Of a stretch of DNA of 32,000 nt, positions 9,252 through 18,413 are shown in pieces. The notes beneath the pieces are model-generated. The model was not told where the DNA came from, ran no database searches, and worked only from the letters and a program-made list of their open reading frames with translations. Positions within the stretch are counted from its first letter, which is position 1; each line of letters begins with the position of its first letter. Where the stretch lies: contig JBHLKY010000010.1 in the NCBI GenBank assembly GCA_048886185.1, positions 108,526 through 140,525 on the forward strand. The letters run 5' to 3'. A program made the position numbers and the translations under genes. This stretch comes from Candidatus Hermodarchaeota archaeon. Lineage in GTDB: Archaea; Asgardarchaeota; Heimdallarchaeia; Hodarchaeales; Hodarchaeaceae.

Positions 9252-11837
9252 TCAAGGTTTCCTCTGATATTTCTTTATTGTACCAAGAGTGAGAACAAAT
9301 ATCAAAAACAGTATAAAAGGAGGGAAGGATGCATAAGCATCTGTAAGTACTGGAGGACTGTTATTGATTTCAAATTCCCCCCATTCTTCCTTATAAAATG
9401 AATTTAAACCATGAGAGCATGTAGCGTTTATCATTAGGTAATATTGGCCATCTATTACATTTGTTGTATCCCAATCATAAGAAGTGATAGTTAAGCCTGA
9501 GCTTATTTCAGTCCAGTTCTGCTCATCCCAACCAAACCCTAGTTGTAAATAATAGAGAGAATAAGTTACCTTATGATTTTCAGTATCAAGTGATTCGAGC
9601 CACCGAATTGTGATTGTGCCGTTAATTTGTGTTCGTGACCAATCATCTGGGTTTGCAGGATCCCAACTAGTAGGAGAGGTTATTATTGGGCTTGTAAGAT
9701 AATGAATAGAACTATAATCATTATTTGGTTCTGTTTCTGGATTCTCATCATAATTATATTCATCATAATAATTAGATTGACCCAGTCTCCCAACCTTCAA
9801 TTTATAGTCTACAATACCATCTTTATCATCATCGGGGACTCGATAATTATCCCAAAAATTATGGTCGAACTCATAACAGAGACCATCACAATAGGCTTGA
9901 TAGAATTCTGCAGTTTGATATCTATTTCCGATAAAATCATTCAGTTTAATGATATTATTTTCTGGAATTGGATCACCAGATTCAAACCAATAGTAACCAG
10001 TAATACCATAATCTCTATTATGCCAGATAATGTTATTATCAATAATATTCCCAGCAGAATAACTAATTTCAATACCATTTCCAATGTTATCATAGATAAA
10101 ATTCAACGAAAGAATTGACTTATTTACAGAATCGATGGAAATGCCATTTTCATTTGAAAAAACTTTATTTAGGGTTAGATTACACTCATTCGATTCAGCA
10201 TAGAGAGAAATTCCATAATCATTGTAGTAATCGGATTTGTTTCCATTATTGAAAACATCATTACTTACAAGCGTTATATATGGAGAATTATAAATCGATA
10301 TCCCATTTTTACTATTGTTATGAATCTCACTGTTAAAAATAATAGAATTTTGGATATGATTAAAGGTAATTCCATTTCCATTGTTAAAAGAACTGTTTAT
10401 GTTTGAAAATGTATAATTATAGGGCTCAGAATATCCGCTAACAATTAAACCAGAATACTTATTGTCGATAGTTTCTACATTATGGATAGAGCTGTTATTA
10501 CAATCTTCGAGATAAAGTCCAATATCATTATTGAAGGTAAAAATGTCAGATAGTTCAATATTCCCAGAAAAATGAAGATAAAATCCAGTTCTGTTATTTT
10601 TTGAGCATGTAATTTCTGAAAAAAGACTATTCTCAGAGGCATGAACGTAAATACCATGTCCATTATTTTTAGAGCAATTTATGTTAGAAAAGGTGCTATT
10701 TCCACAATCTGTAATATAATTTGCATGATCGGAAGAAAATTCATATCGGTTATTCCCAAAACTAGATACATCTTTTATTACACAATTTTCACTATCCCAA
10801 AGATAGAATCCATCAGCCAAGTTATTATAGATAGTTAGATTTGATAGAGTGCAAAACCTAGATAGTCCCAATTCGATACCATATCGGGAATTATTAAAGA
10901 TAACATTATCTTTTATTGAATTATTATCAGACATGCTAGAATAGATCCCTTGATAATTATTAGAGATAATGTTGTCTGTAAAAGTGGAATTTCTTGACTC
11001 ATCAATATCCAATCCAGCTCTATAACCATTATTGTAAATATTATTTCTTGAAATAGTGCAGTTTCTTGATTTCCTTATTATTAATCCCTCGTTAATGTTA
11101 AAAGAAACAAAATTATTAGAAATAATCGTAGTATTTGAAGATAAAATAAGTATTCCTTCCGAACTTCCATCACATACCGTATTGAAAATCAAGTGATTCC
11201 CTTTTGTTTGATCAAGTAGAATTCCTGCTTCCTGAAGAGTGTTGTTTACAAGATTTGTAGAAATAACATTAGTATTAGAATCTTGAAGAACAATTCCATA
11301 ATTCAAATTATTAAAAATAATATTGTTGTAAATATACCCGTTACTCACATTTTCAAGGTAAATTCCTCTTGTACCATGTTGCAGCAAACAGTTGGTAATA
11401 TTGAAATAAACATCAGTATTTCTAATATCTATTAAATTAAAAGAACCAGTAGGGTCAGTAATATTTTTATTATTAATACTATAGGGTTTAACTGGGCTTC
11501 CATCGCCAGGAAAGGCTTCAAAATCTGTATTACCATTTATTATGATCGGTGAAGAATTTTCATAGAATGATGGTGCAGTGATAGAGACAATTTTGAAATT
11601 TGGTCTATTCAGCTGTGAGGGGACAGAATGAAATTCTTTTTTTCTAAGAGAATAGCCAGTGTAAGATTCATGATTCTCATAAACTTGTATTGAATGCTGA
11701 TTAATATTCTCGACTGTTTGAGCTGAGTTAACAGCCCTAGCTCCCGAGCTTGGAATAGGAATTCCTATTAGTAGAATCAGAAGAACCCCTGTTTTAAAAA
11801 GATGGATTCTAACTAAAATATCCCCTTTTTGTGTCAA
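9252..11837 (-). CDS. Surface parallel beta-helix (NosD/CASH) protein with Ig-like domain and C-terminal membrane anchor
   Basis: N-terminal hydrophobic signal, PIIING..GDGS..PY motif, many N-x-I-x-x-N-x-x-x-GI repeats, DDDKDG Ca-binding-like loop, Ig-like segment (WDTTNVIDGQY), then TM plus basic tail. Confidence 0.85.
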   Translation of the reverse strand: MTQKGDILVRIHLFKTGVLLILLIGIPIPSSGARAVNSAQTVENINQHSIQVYENHESYTGYSLRKKEFHSVPSQLNRPNFKIVSITAPSFYENSSPIIINGNTDFEAFPGDGSPVKPYSINNKNITDPTGSFNLIDIRNTDVYFNITNCLLQHGTRGIYLENVSNGYIYNNIIFNNLNYGIVLQDSNTNVISTNLVNNTLQEAGILLDQTKGNHLIFNTVCDGSSEGILILSSNTTIISNNFVSFNINEGLIIRKSRNCTISRNNIYNNGYRAGLDIDESRNSTFTDNIISNNYQGIYSSMSDNNSIKDNVIFNNSRYGIELGLSRFCTLSNLTIYNNLADGFYLWDSENCVIKDVSSFGNNRYEFSSDHANYITDCGNSTFSNINCSKNNGHGIYVHASENSLFSEITCSKNNRTGFYLHFSGNIELSDIFTFNNDIGLYLEDCNNSSIHNVETIDNKYSGLIVSGYSEPYNYTFSNINSSFNNGNGITFNHIQNSIIFNSEIHNNSKNGISIYNSPYITLVSNDVFNNGNKSDYYNDYGISLYAESNECNLTLNKVFSNENGISIDSVNKSILSLNFIYDNIGNGIEISYSAGNIIDNNIIWHNRDYGITGYYWFESGDPIPENNIIKLNDFIGNRYQTAEFYQAYCDGLCYEFDHNFWDNYRVPDDDKDGIVDYKLKVGRLGQSNYYDEYNYDENPETEPNNDYSSIHYLTSPIITSPTSWDPANPDDWSRTQINGTITIRWLESLDTENHKVTYSLYYLQLGFGWDEQNWTEISSGLTITSYDWDTTNVIDGQYYLMINATCSHGLNSFYKEEWGEFEINNSPPVLTDAYASFPPFILFLIFVLTLGTIKKYQRKP

Positions 11838-12275
11838 AAATTACACCACATCTCCACTATTAATCTCCGTTTTAAGTGAAAGAAATCAATCGTGTGAAAA
11901 TCTAAAAGCAGATTAAAAATATTTTCATTTTTTGCCAGAGAATATTAGTTCCAGTTGGTTATTGCCTCAACCTAGCTCAATTAACAATTTCATTAAATAA
12001 ACTAATATAATAAGGTAAATAGTGATTAAATTGGTTATGAGTATTTTTTATGGCATTATCTAGAGTCTTGGTTAATATTCTCAAAAATATTATTGGAATT
12101 ATTGGCTACTAATTTCATTGGACGAAAAGTTTATTTATTATGTCATGATGGAAGTCAGGGGAAATACTAGTTCGATTTTAGGGAGATGCTTTTTACACAT
12201 TCCACACATTGATTTAACTGTTAAAAGACTTTGAAAAAGATAAATTGTGTTATTAATAAAAAGAAGTGAATTGGT

Positions 12276-13127
12276 ATGGTTTCTATTTATACAAAAGTGG
12301 GCCTAGCTTTTTTTGCTTTAGGAATAACAATTATTATTGTACTCTCCGTACTCCGTGTCCCCATACCTTTTTTTGCAGGAAGATATGGTCAATCTATATC
12401 AATGGAACCCATCCCAATAAATGGCAGTTATGTTGATATTCAGATTCCTGGAAGCTATTCTCATCCATTTAGTAATTTACAACTGACTATTAGAAGTACT
12501 ATCTTAGGGGAACCTGGGGAAGAGCTCTGGGGAAGTGTTAAGTTATTATATTCAAATCTTGGAAAAGATATATTTGGGGAACTTCCCGCTTGGGGGGATA
12601 CGTCATTTTATTTAAATTCTGGGGGGATAGGAAATGAGCAACAACTGACTACATCTATGACCCTGAATCGAAAATACGCTTCCAGTAGTTTTAGTCTATA
12701 TTTGCGGATTAAATGCGACCCCACATTTAATCCTGACGTTAAATATACTGGATCTCTTTATTTGAAAGAGTGTGAAATTGAAGTTATCTATACTCTTTTT
12801 GCAGCAGTTATACCACCAATCATTATACTAATCGGTTTAGTAGTATTTATTGGAGGCTTTTTAATCAATTATAGAAAACTTACAGCCAAACCTAAATTTA
12901 GGGATGTGCCAAGTGGATGGGAACCATCCTTGAAAATGGGGACTGCCTTTGAGCCTAAGGAGAAAAAAGCAACGATGACTATTAAACCTACCAAAGAAAA
13001 GCCTAAAAAGAAATTTGTGAAGAAAACAGTCCCCACAAAGGGTCCTGAACATGCTTGTAAATACTGTGGGAAAAGCGTTTCCACTTCGGCTTTTTTCTGT
13101 CCACACTGTTATGGTAAGTTGCGATAG
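12276..13127 (+). CDS. Two-TM membrane protein with Lys-rich linker and C-terminal zinc ribbon
   Basis: TM near the N-terminus, second TM (AAVIPPIIILIGLVVFIGGFLI), CKYC-x10-CPHC at the C-terminus. Confidence 0.75.
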   Translation: MVSIYTKVGLAFFALGITIIIVLSVLRVPIPFFAGRYGQSISMEPIPINGSYVDIQIPGSYSHPFSNLQLTIRSTILGEPGEELWGSVKLLYSNLGKDIFGELPAWGDTSFYLNSGGIGNEQQLTTSMTLNRKYASSSFSLYLRIKCDPTFNPDVKYTGSLYLKECEIEVIYTLFAAVIPPIIILIGLVVFIGGFLINYRKLTAKPKFRDVPSGWEPSLKMGTAFEPKEKKATMTIKPTKEKPKKKFVKKTVPTKGPEHACKYCGKSVSTSAFFCPHCYGKLR

Positions 13128-13203
13128 CAGCCACACGAATGAATCAAAGAACTTTTCGACTAATTATTATGGTGTTCTAGAAATTTATTATTATGGTGAT
13201 TTA

Positions 13204-14025
13204 TTGGGCTGTACTACAGGCGCTAAAGTCTTTAAGGATAGACAAACACTAGTTGTGTTTAAAAATAAAGACTTTAAAGAAAGAAACCATATCGATGAAC
13301 TCTTCCTTGAAGATTATAATGCATTTGGTGTTCGGGGTGTTAATCTTCAAATTAAAAAATCAACTGGCCTATCAATTGGAGTCAATCAACATGGTCTTGT
13401 GGCTGTGAACTCGAACATATTGGCCACTCCAGATTCCCCTTATGATCTGATAACTGAACGTATTGTTTTGGAAGCCAAGACTATTGATGAAGCCGTAGAA
13501 ATATGTGAAAGAGAAATTAGATCTACAAATTATCAATGGTGCAATATGGTTGTAGCAACCCCAGAACAGCTAATAGCCTTGGAAATTACATCTTCGGAAA
13601 TTGCTACTGTACGATCACGTGATTACTTAGTCCGCACGAATCATCATTTGATTCTTGATACCAATGAAATATTGATAAATGTTGATCCCGAGAAAGAATG
13701 GCAAAATATTGAGCATAGTAAGATTCGGTATAAAAATGCTGATAGATATCTTAAACATGCCTCAGATATCCAAGCAATATATTCAATGCTTGCCTCACAC
13801 CAAGAAAAGGGCTCAATATGCCGTCATGGGACTGCATATGCCCAGGATTTGTCGTATACAAGTGTTTACAGCTATCTAATAGCCATTAATATCGAGGAGA
13901 GCCCTAAAATAATTTTCAACGTATCAAAAGGACCTCCTTGTCAAAACACTTATGTTAAATTCAATCTAGAATTTCCATTAACTCCTAAGAAGAATAATTT
14001 AATTAAGGATTCTTTCCCATATTAA
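13204..14025 (+). CDS. Ntn-hydrolase (peptidase C45/C59/C69-like, N-terminal Cys nucleophile)
   Basis: Start moved from 13051 to TTG 13204, which follows GGTGAT, giving MGCTT; FKNKD, GVNQHGL and RTNH motifs. Confidence 0.75.
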   Translation: MGCTTGAKVFKDRQTLVVFKNKDFKERNHIDELFLEDYNAFGVRGVNLQIKKSTGLSIGVNQHGLVAVNSNILATPDSPYDLITERIVLEAKTIDEAVEICEREIRSTNYQWCNMVVATPEQLIALEITSSEIATVRSRDYLVRTNHHLILDTNEILINVDPEKEWQNIEHSKIRYKNADRYLKHASDIQAIYSMLASHQEKGSICRHGTAYAQDLSYTSVYSYLIAINIEESPKIIFNVSKGPPCQNTYVKFNLEFPLTPKKNNLIKDSFPY

Positions 14026-14037
14026 CAATTGAATAAA

Positions 14038-15459
14038 TTAGCCATCTAGGGGGGGCCAATTATCGTTGTGAAAAATAAGTCCCGAGTCTTTATCCGTTCT
14101 CTCAAAACCATGAGCTCCAAAATAATCTCTTTGAGCCTGAATTAGATTAGTTGGTAGTGAGGGGTTCCTATAACTGTCATAATAAGATAAAGCTGATGAT
14201 AAGACTGGTAAAGGTATTCCATTTTCCACGGCTAGTTTAATTATGAATCTCCAGTCTTTTTGACAATTATTTAAGACATTAACAAAATAGGGATCTAAGA
14301 GAAGATTATCAAACCCTTTTTGAAAAACCCTCTCAATCTGCTCCAAGATACGAGCACGTATAATGCACCCATTACGCCATATATGAGCTATATCTTTAAG
14401 GTTCAATTGCCATTGGTATTCTTTTGAAGCTGCTTTAAGTAATGAAAATCCTTGAGAATAATTACAAATTTTGGTAGCAAGCAGTGCCTTCTGTGCTGCA
14501 TCGACCAGCAAATTTTTTTCCCCTAAGAACTGAGGAGTCGGACCTTTCAATAAATTGGAGGCTTTTATTCTGTCGTTTCTTTTAGATGAGATATTCCTAG
14601 CAAAGACTGCTTCCATAATACTTGGCGCTGGTATTCCAATTTCTAATGCTTCTTGGCTAGCCCATTTTCCAGTACCTTTTTGCTTCGCAGAATCCAGAAT
14701 CAAATCAATTAAGGGTTTCCCTGTTTCAGGATCTTTTTCAGATAAAATTTTAATAGTAATTTGAATTAAGTAGGAATTGAGATCTCCCTTATTCCATTCA
14801 GCGAATATTCTTTTTAATTCAGAAGGTTTCATATCAAATATTTTCTTTAAAATATAATAAACCTCTGCAATTGATTGCATATTGGCATATTCGATACCAT
14901 TATGTATCATTTTCACATAGTGACCCGCTCCATCAGGACCGAGGTAACTACAACATGGATCCCCATTAATTTTCGCAGAAATTTTGTAGAATAACTTTTC
15001 TATGTGTTTCCAAGCTTCTTTTGACCCTCCGGGCATGATTGAAGGTCCTCTTAAAGCCCCTTCCTCACCTCCAGAAATACCTATCCCTAGAAAATGAATT
15101 CCTTTTTTCCTCAGTTTTTCGGTTCTCTCGATTGTATCTCTAAAAAAAGAGTTCCCACCATCAATAATTATATCTCCTAATTGTAAAAAAGGTAGGAGCT
15201 TTGAAATTAAATCATCAACTGGCAAACCAGCTTTAACCATAAGAATCAATATTCGGGGTCGTTTTAAAGTGTTGCAAAGGTTTTCTAAGCTATAACATCC
15301 TATGATATTCTTCTCAGACCCCTTTCCATTGATAAATTCTTCAAGCTTTTGTGTCGTTCTATTGAAAACCGCAATGGTATAACCATTTCTTTCCATATTC
15401 AAAACTAAATTTTGACCCATTACTGATAATCCAATAAGACCAATTTCAGCTTTTATCAT
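14038..15459 (-). CDS. gnd: 6-phosphogluconate dehydrogenase, decarboxylating, long NADP-type
   Basis: IGLIGLSVMG, NRT, MVKAG, DGGN, SGGEEGA, KMIHNGIEY, QKGTGKW, QAQRDYFGAH. Confidence 0.97.
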   Translation of the reverse strand: MIKAEIGLIGLSVMGQNLVLNMERNGYTIAVFNRTTQKLEEFINGKGSEKNIIGCYSLENLCNTLKRPRILILMVKAGLPVDDLISKLLPFLQLGDIIIDGGNSFFRDTIERTEKLRKKGIHFLGIGISGGEEGALRGPSIMPGGSKEAWKHIEKLFYKISAKINGDPCCSYLGPDGAGHYVKMIHNGIEYANMQSIAEVYYILKKIFDMKPSELKRIFAEWNKGDLNSYLIQITIKILSEKDPETGKPLIDLILDSAKQKGTGKWASQEALEIGIPAPSIMEAVFARNISSKRNDRIKASNLLKGPTPQFLGEKNLLVDAAQKALLATKICNYSQGFSLLKAASKEYQWQLNLKDIAHIWRNGCIIRARILEQIERVFQKGFDNLLLDPYFVNVLNNCQKDWRFIIKLAVENGIPLPVLSSALSYYDSYRNPSLPTNLIQAQRDYFGAHGFERTDKDSGLIFHNDNWPPLDG

Positions 15460-15465
15460 TATATT

Positions 15466-16755
15466 TCACATTTGCTTAAATTTCTCTTCAACAGTCCATA
15501 ATCCAATTGCTGGATTTCTGATGAAAAATATCTCCTCACCGTCAGGAAGTTGATTAAATCCTTCTTTCAACTTACTTGGATTATATACATTAATAACTTC
15601 AGAAAGATCTTTGTATTGATAGTTGACTCTTTCGATCTCATTCTTTCTGATGTATCTAGGGCAATATGTTATCTTAAATCTATTCTCAGAAGATCCATGA
15701 ATTAAATGAGCAGCTGCCGAAAGATTCTGTTGTAAATCTTCATTTTTCTTAACTAGATTAATAATTTCACTGCTATTACGATAACCGTACTTTCTAATTA
15801 TTTGATCTATTGTTTTATCCTCACCAAATTGTTTTAATCCAGGTGCAAGGATGATAAGTTCTCCATCATCCTCTAGTGCCATTCTTGTTCTATAAATTGC
15901 CTTATTGCCTAACCAAGTACTCTTAAATTTCGTCGGATCTAGGAAAACAACAATTTTATCTATTGGATTATTTAAAAAGGTTAAATTGATTTTTTGACTT
16001 AATTTTGCAGCTTTTTTGAATGATTGATTATCATTTCCAGTATATATACCTTTTAGTGTTGGTTTTCCAGATTCATCTACAGTTAAAACTGTTAGGATAT
16101 ATAACAGTGGAATGTCTGATAAAAAGGTAGATTCTGCATAATCAAATAGTTCCCTGACAGGATTATCGCTCTTCCCAATCATTCGTTCCATTCCATAACA
16201 GGCGCCTAGGAAATGACTTTTATTGATTATGTCACTTCCACCAACTCCTACTAGGATATTCTTATTACCATTTGCCATACCTGCTACTTCATGAGGAACA
16301 ACTTGTCCGATTGAAATTATTAAGTCGTAATTCGTTTCTAAGATCTCTTTATTTATTTCAACTTTAATGGAATAATTCACTTTACCCTCAGATAAATCTT
16401 CTACAACCTCTTGTGGAACTACTCCTATCTCGATAACATCATTACGCCAATCATGAACCATAAACCTCTCTTTAGGAATACCTTCAAACATTACTGATAT
16501 CTCGTTGTCAGTTAGGGGGGAATGTGTTCCTAATGCTGGTAATACTTTCACTTGACAATTTTTTTTTAAAAGATGATATAGAACTTGAGTTATTTGTCCC
16601 CCTTTTGAATGATATCTAGTAAAATCAGGCGGAATCAAAAGAATTTTCTTTGGTGAGCCATCAAATTCGTTTATTAATTCTTCTAAGAGTTTTTTCTTCT
16701 GATTAAGGGTGATTTCTTTTTCTATGGATTCTAAACTCTTAAGAATAATATTCAC
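15466..16755 (-). CDS. LarA-family (DUF2088) nickel-pincer racemase/epimerase; probable D-gluconate/D-mannonate 2-epimerase (GntE-like)
   Basis: PPDFTR, ALGTH, PHEVAG..NGNKN (cofactor Lys), KSHF (Ni His); sits between a sugar kinase and gnd. Confidence 0.8.
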   Translation of the reverse strand: MNIILKSLESIEKEITLNQKKKLLEELINEFDGSPKKILLIPPDFTRYHSKGGQITQVLYHLLKKNCQVKVLPALGTHSPLTDNEISVMFEGIPKERFMVHDWRNDVIEIGVVPQEVVEDLSEGKVNYSIKVEINKEILETNYDLIISIGQVVPHEVAGMANGNKNILVGVGGSDIINKSHFLGACYGMERMIGKSDNPVRELFDYAESTFLSDIPLLYILTVLTVDESGKPTLKGIYTGNDNQSFKKAAKLSQKINLTFLNNPIDKIVVFLDPTKFKSTWLGNKAIYRTRMALEDDGELIILAPGLKQFGEDKTIDQIIRKYGYRNSSEIINLVKKNEDLQQNLSAAAHLIHGSSENRFKITYCPRYIRKNEIERVNYQYKDLSEVINVYNPSKLKEGFNQLPDGEEIFFIRNPAIGLWTVEEKFKQM

Positions 16756-16758
16756 CTC

Positions 16759-18336
16759 TTAATCTATCTCTTCCTCAGATTGGATTATTTGATAATTATC
16801 TGGTGTTTGATAAACTTCCATATATCTTCTGTAGAGTGTGGTGAGGATTTTTTTTAATTTATTATCTTCAGGTAGTATAGGGTCAAGTGTGGTCACTGGA
16901 GGCATTTCCTCAAGTACTCCCAAATAAGTTAAGGCTCTCATACCAGTTGCCCATGCGACTGATTGTTTTGTTTTCATAATAACAACTTTTTTATTTACTA
17001 ATGACGCTAAAAATCGCAAAAATAATCGTGATTTCCGTGCGATTAATCCTGTTAATCGAATTTCATTGTAATTATCTGGAGTGTCAAGAACTTCTAAATT
17101 ATGTTTATACATATTCACAATACCAATTATCAGAGAGATATAAAGATCAATACAATTTATTGAGTTTTCTCTTATTATAATAAATCCCCCTTTTACTCTT
17201 CCTCGTCCATTTGGTCCCCTTGGTTCTCCCTCAATATATGGAAAGTATAGAGGGATTTTTAAAAAGTATGATTCCAAGTCTGCAGCAATATCTTCAAGTT
17301 TTTGCAGAGCTTCTTTTTCTAATCTTTCAATATTAACATTATTACTCTCAGTAATGAAATTTTTGAAAGCTACCTTAAAGTTTTTACCAACCCATACAAA
17401 TGATGTACCAACATTGTTGAATGGAATAAGTTCAACCCATTTGTTGTCATCTATTTGACACATTTGAATAAGTCGACTCCTATACTTTGATTTTGGAGAT
17501 TTTCTCATTCTCCGAAATGCTCCTGTGGAACTTGCAGATCCTATGAGAATATCTTCACTATCAACTCCTGTTGCCCAAAAGGCATCAATTCCATCAATTG
17601 TGCCAGTTACAATATAGGTATTCCTAAAATTATCTAAAAGCTGTTTAAATTTATCTTTGATAGGAAAAACTGTACCCATGGGGATTATTTCAGGTAAGAT
17701 GGATAATTCTAAATCCAAGTTCTGAAGAAGTTTTTCATCCCAATTTCTATGTTCTAATGAATATAATCCAGTATAAGAAGCATTGGGGACTGTAGAGAAG
17801 ATTTTTTCAAGTGGTAAATCGGTTAAACTCCAAGTAAGATAATCATTAATGGTTGTTATCTTGAAGCACGAGCTAAATGAAGATTCTTTAATTTTCAATA
17901 GTTGGACATAAGGTAGGGCCCCACTGTATAGACTTCCTGTTCTTTCCTGGAAATTGGATGGTAAAAACTTCACATAATCCTGTGCACCTTGATAAGCATA
18001 CGTAAAAGCGTGTGTTAATGGTTGAGCTTCTTTGGAGAGTAAAACAAGTGATGGTCCAATGCTTGAAATAGATAATGAATACACATTGATGTTTGGCCAA
18101 TCTTTCAGTAGAGTGTAAAGTTGATTTTCAACAATATTCTTTAATGTAGTGACGTTGATTCTCTTTTCATTATCCCAGATGAGATAACTTTGCTTTTTAA
18201 GAGCGTTATAAGTCGCTATTTGCTCACTTAATTTAGTTCCTGCTCTATCTAGGAGTAACAATCTAATTCCAGAACTACCTACATCAATACCAATGGTACA
18301 GACGGAATCATCTGTAGAAGTCATTCTTTTATTCAC
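16759..18336 (-). CDS. FGGY-family carbohydrate kinase, probable gluconokinase (start may be ATG 18324)
   Basis: IGIDVGSSGIR, YTGLYSL, GTIDG, SASSTG, PYIEGEPRGP. Substrate inferred from context only. Confidence 0.8.
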   Translation of the reverse strand: MNKRMTSTDDSVCTIGIDVGSSGIRLLLLDRAGTKLSEQIATYNALKKQSYLIWDNEKRINVTTLKNIVENQLYTLLKDWPNINVYSLSISSIGPSLVLLSKEAQPLTHAFTYAYQGAQDYVKFLPSNFQERTGSLYSGALPYVQLLKIKESSFSSCFKITTINDYLTWSLTDLPLEKIFSTVPNASYTGLYSLEHRNWDEKLLQNLDLELSILPEIIPMGTVFPIKDKFKQLLDNFRNTYIVTGTIDGIDAFWATGVDSEDILIGSASSTGAFRRMRKSPKSKYRSRLIQMCQIDDNKWVELIPFNNVGTSFVWVGKNFKVAFKNFITESNNVNIERLEKEALQKLEDIAADLESYFLKIPLYFPYIEGEPRGPNGRGRVKGGFIIIRENSINCIDLYISLIIGIVNMYKHNLEVLDTPDNYNEIRLTGLIARKSRLFLRFLASLVNKKVVIMKTKQSVAWATGMRALTYLGVLEEMPPVTTLDPILPEDNKLKKILTTLYRRYMEVYQTPDNYQIIQSEEEID

Positions 18337-18413
18337 ACATAACTTTTTTGAATCCAGATATTACTAGAAGATAAAAATTATCACACTGATTGAGAATTCC
18401 GAGTTTGAGAACA

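Noticed and set aside
11838-12275. 438-bp AT-rich gap as an ncRNA, small gene or origin
   Set aside because: No ORF longer than ~30 codons in the frames I checked, and no repeats, ORB-like boxes or stable stems seen; best read as a divergent promoter region.
13051-13203. N-terminal extension of the Ntn hydrolase ORF
   Set aside because: It overlaps the Zn-ribbon gene, and an SD-led TTG at 13204 places Cys near the N-terminus as expected for the family.
15466-16755. Naming the gene lactate racemase (larA)
   Set aside because: Motifs diverge (NGNK rather than GGRK) and the context points to a sugar acid.
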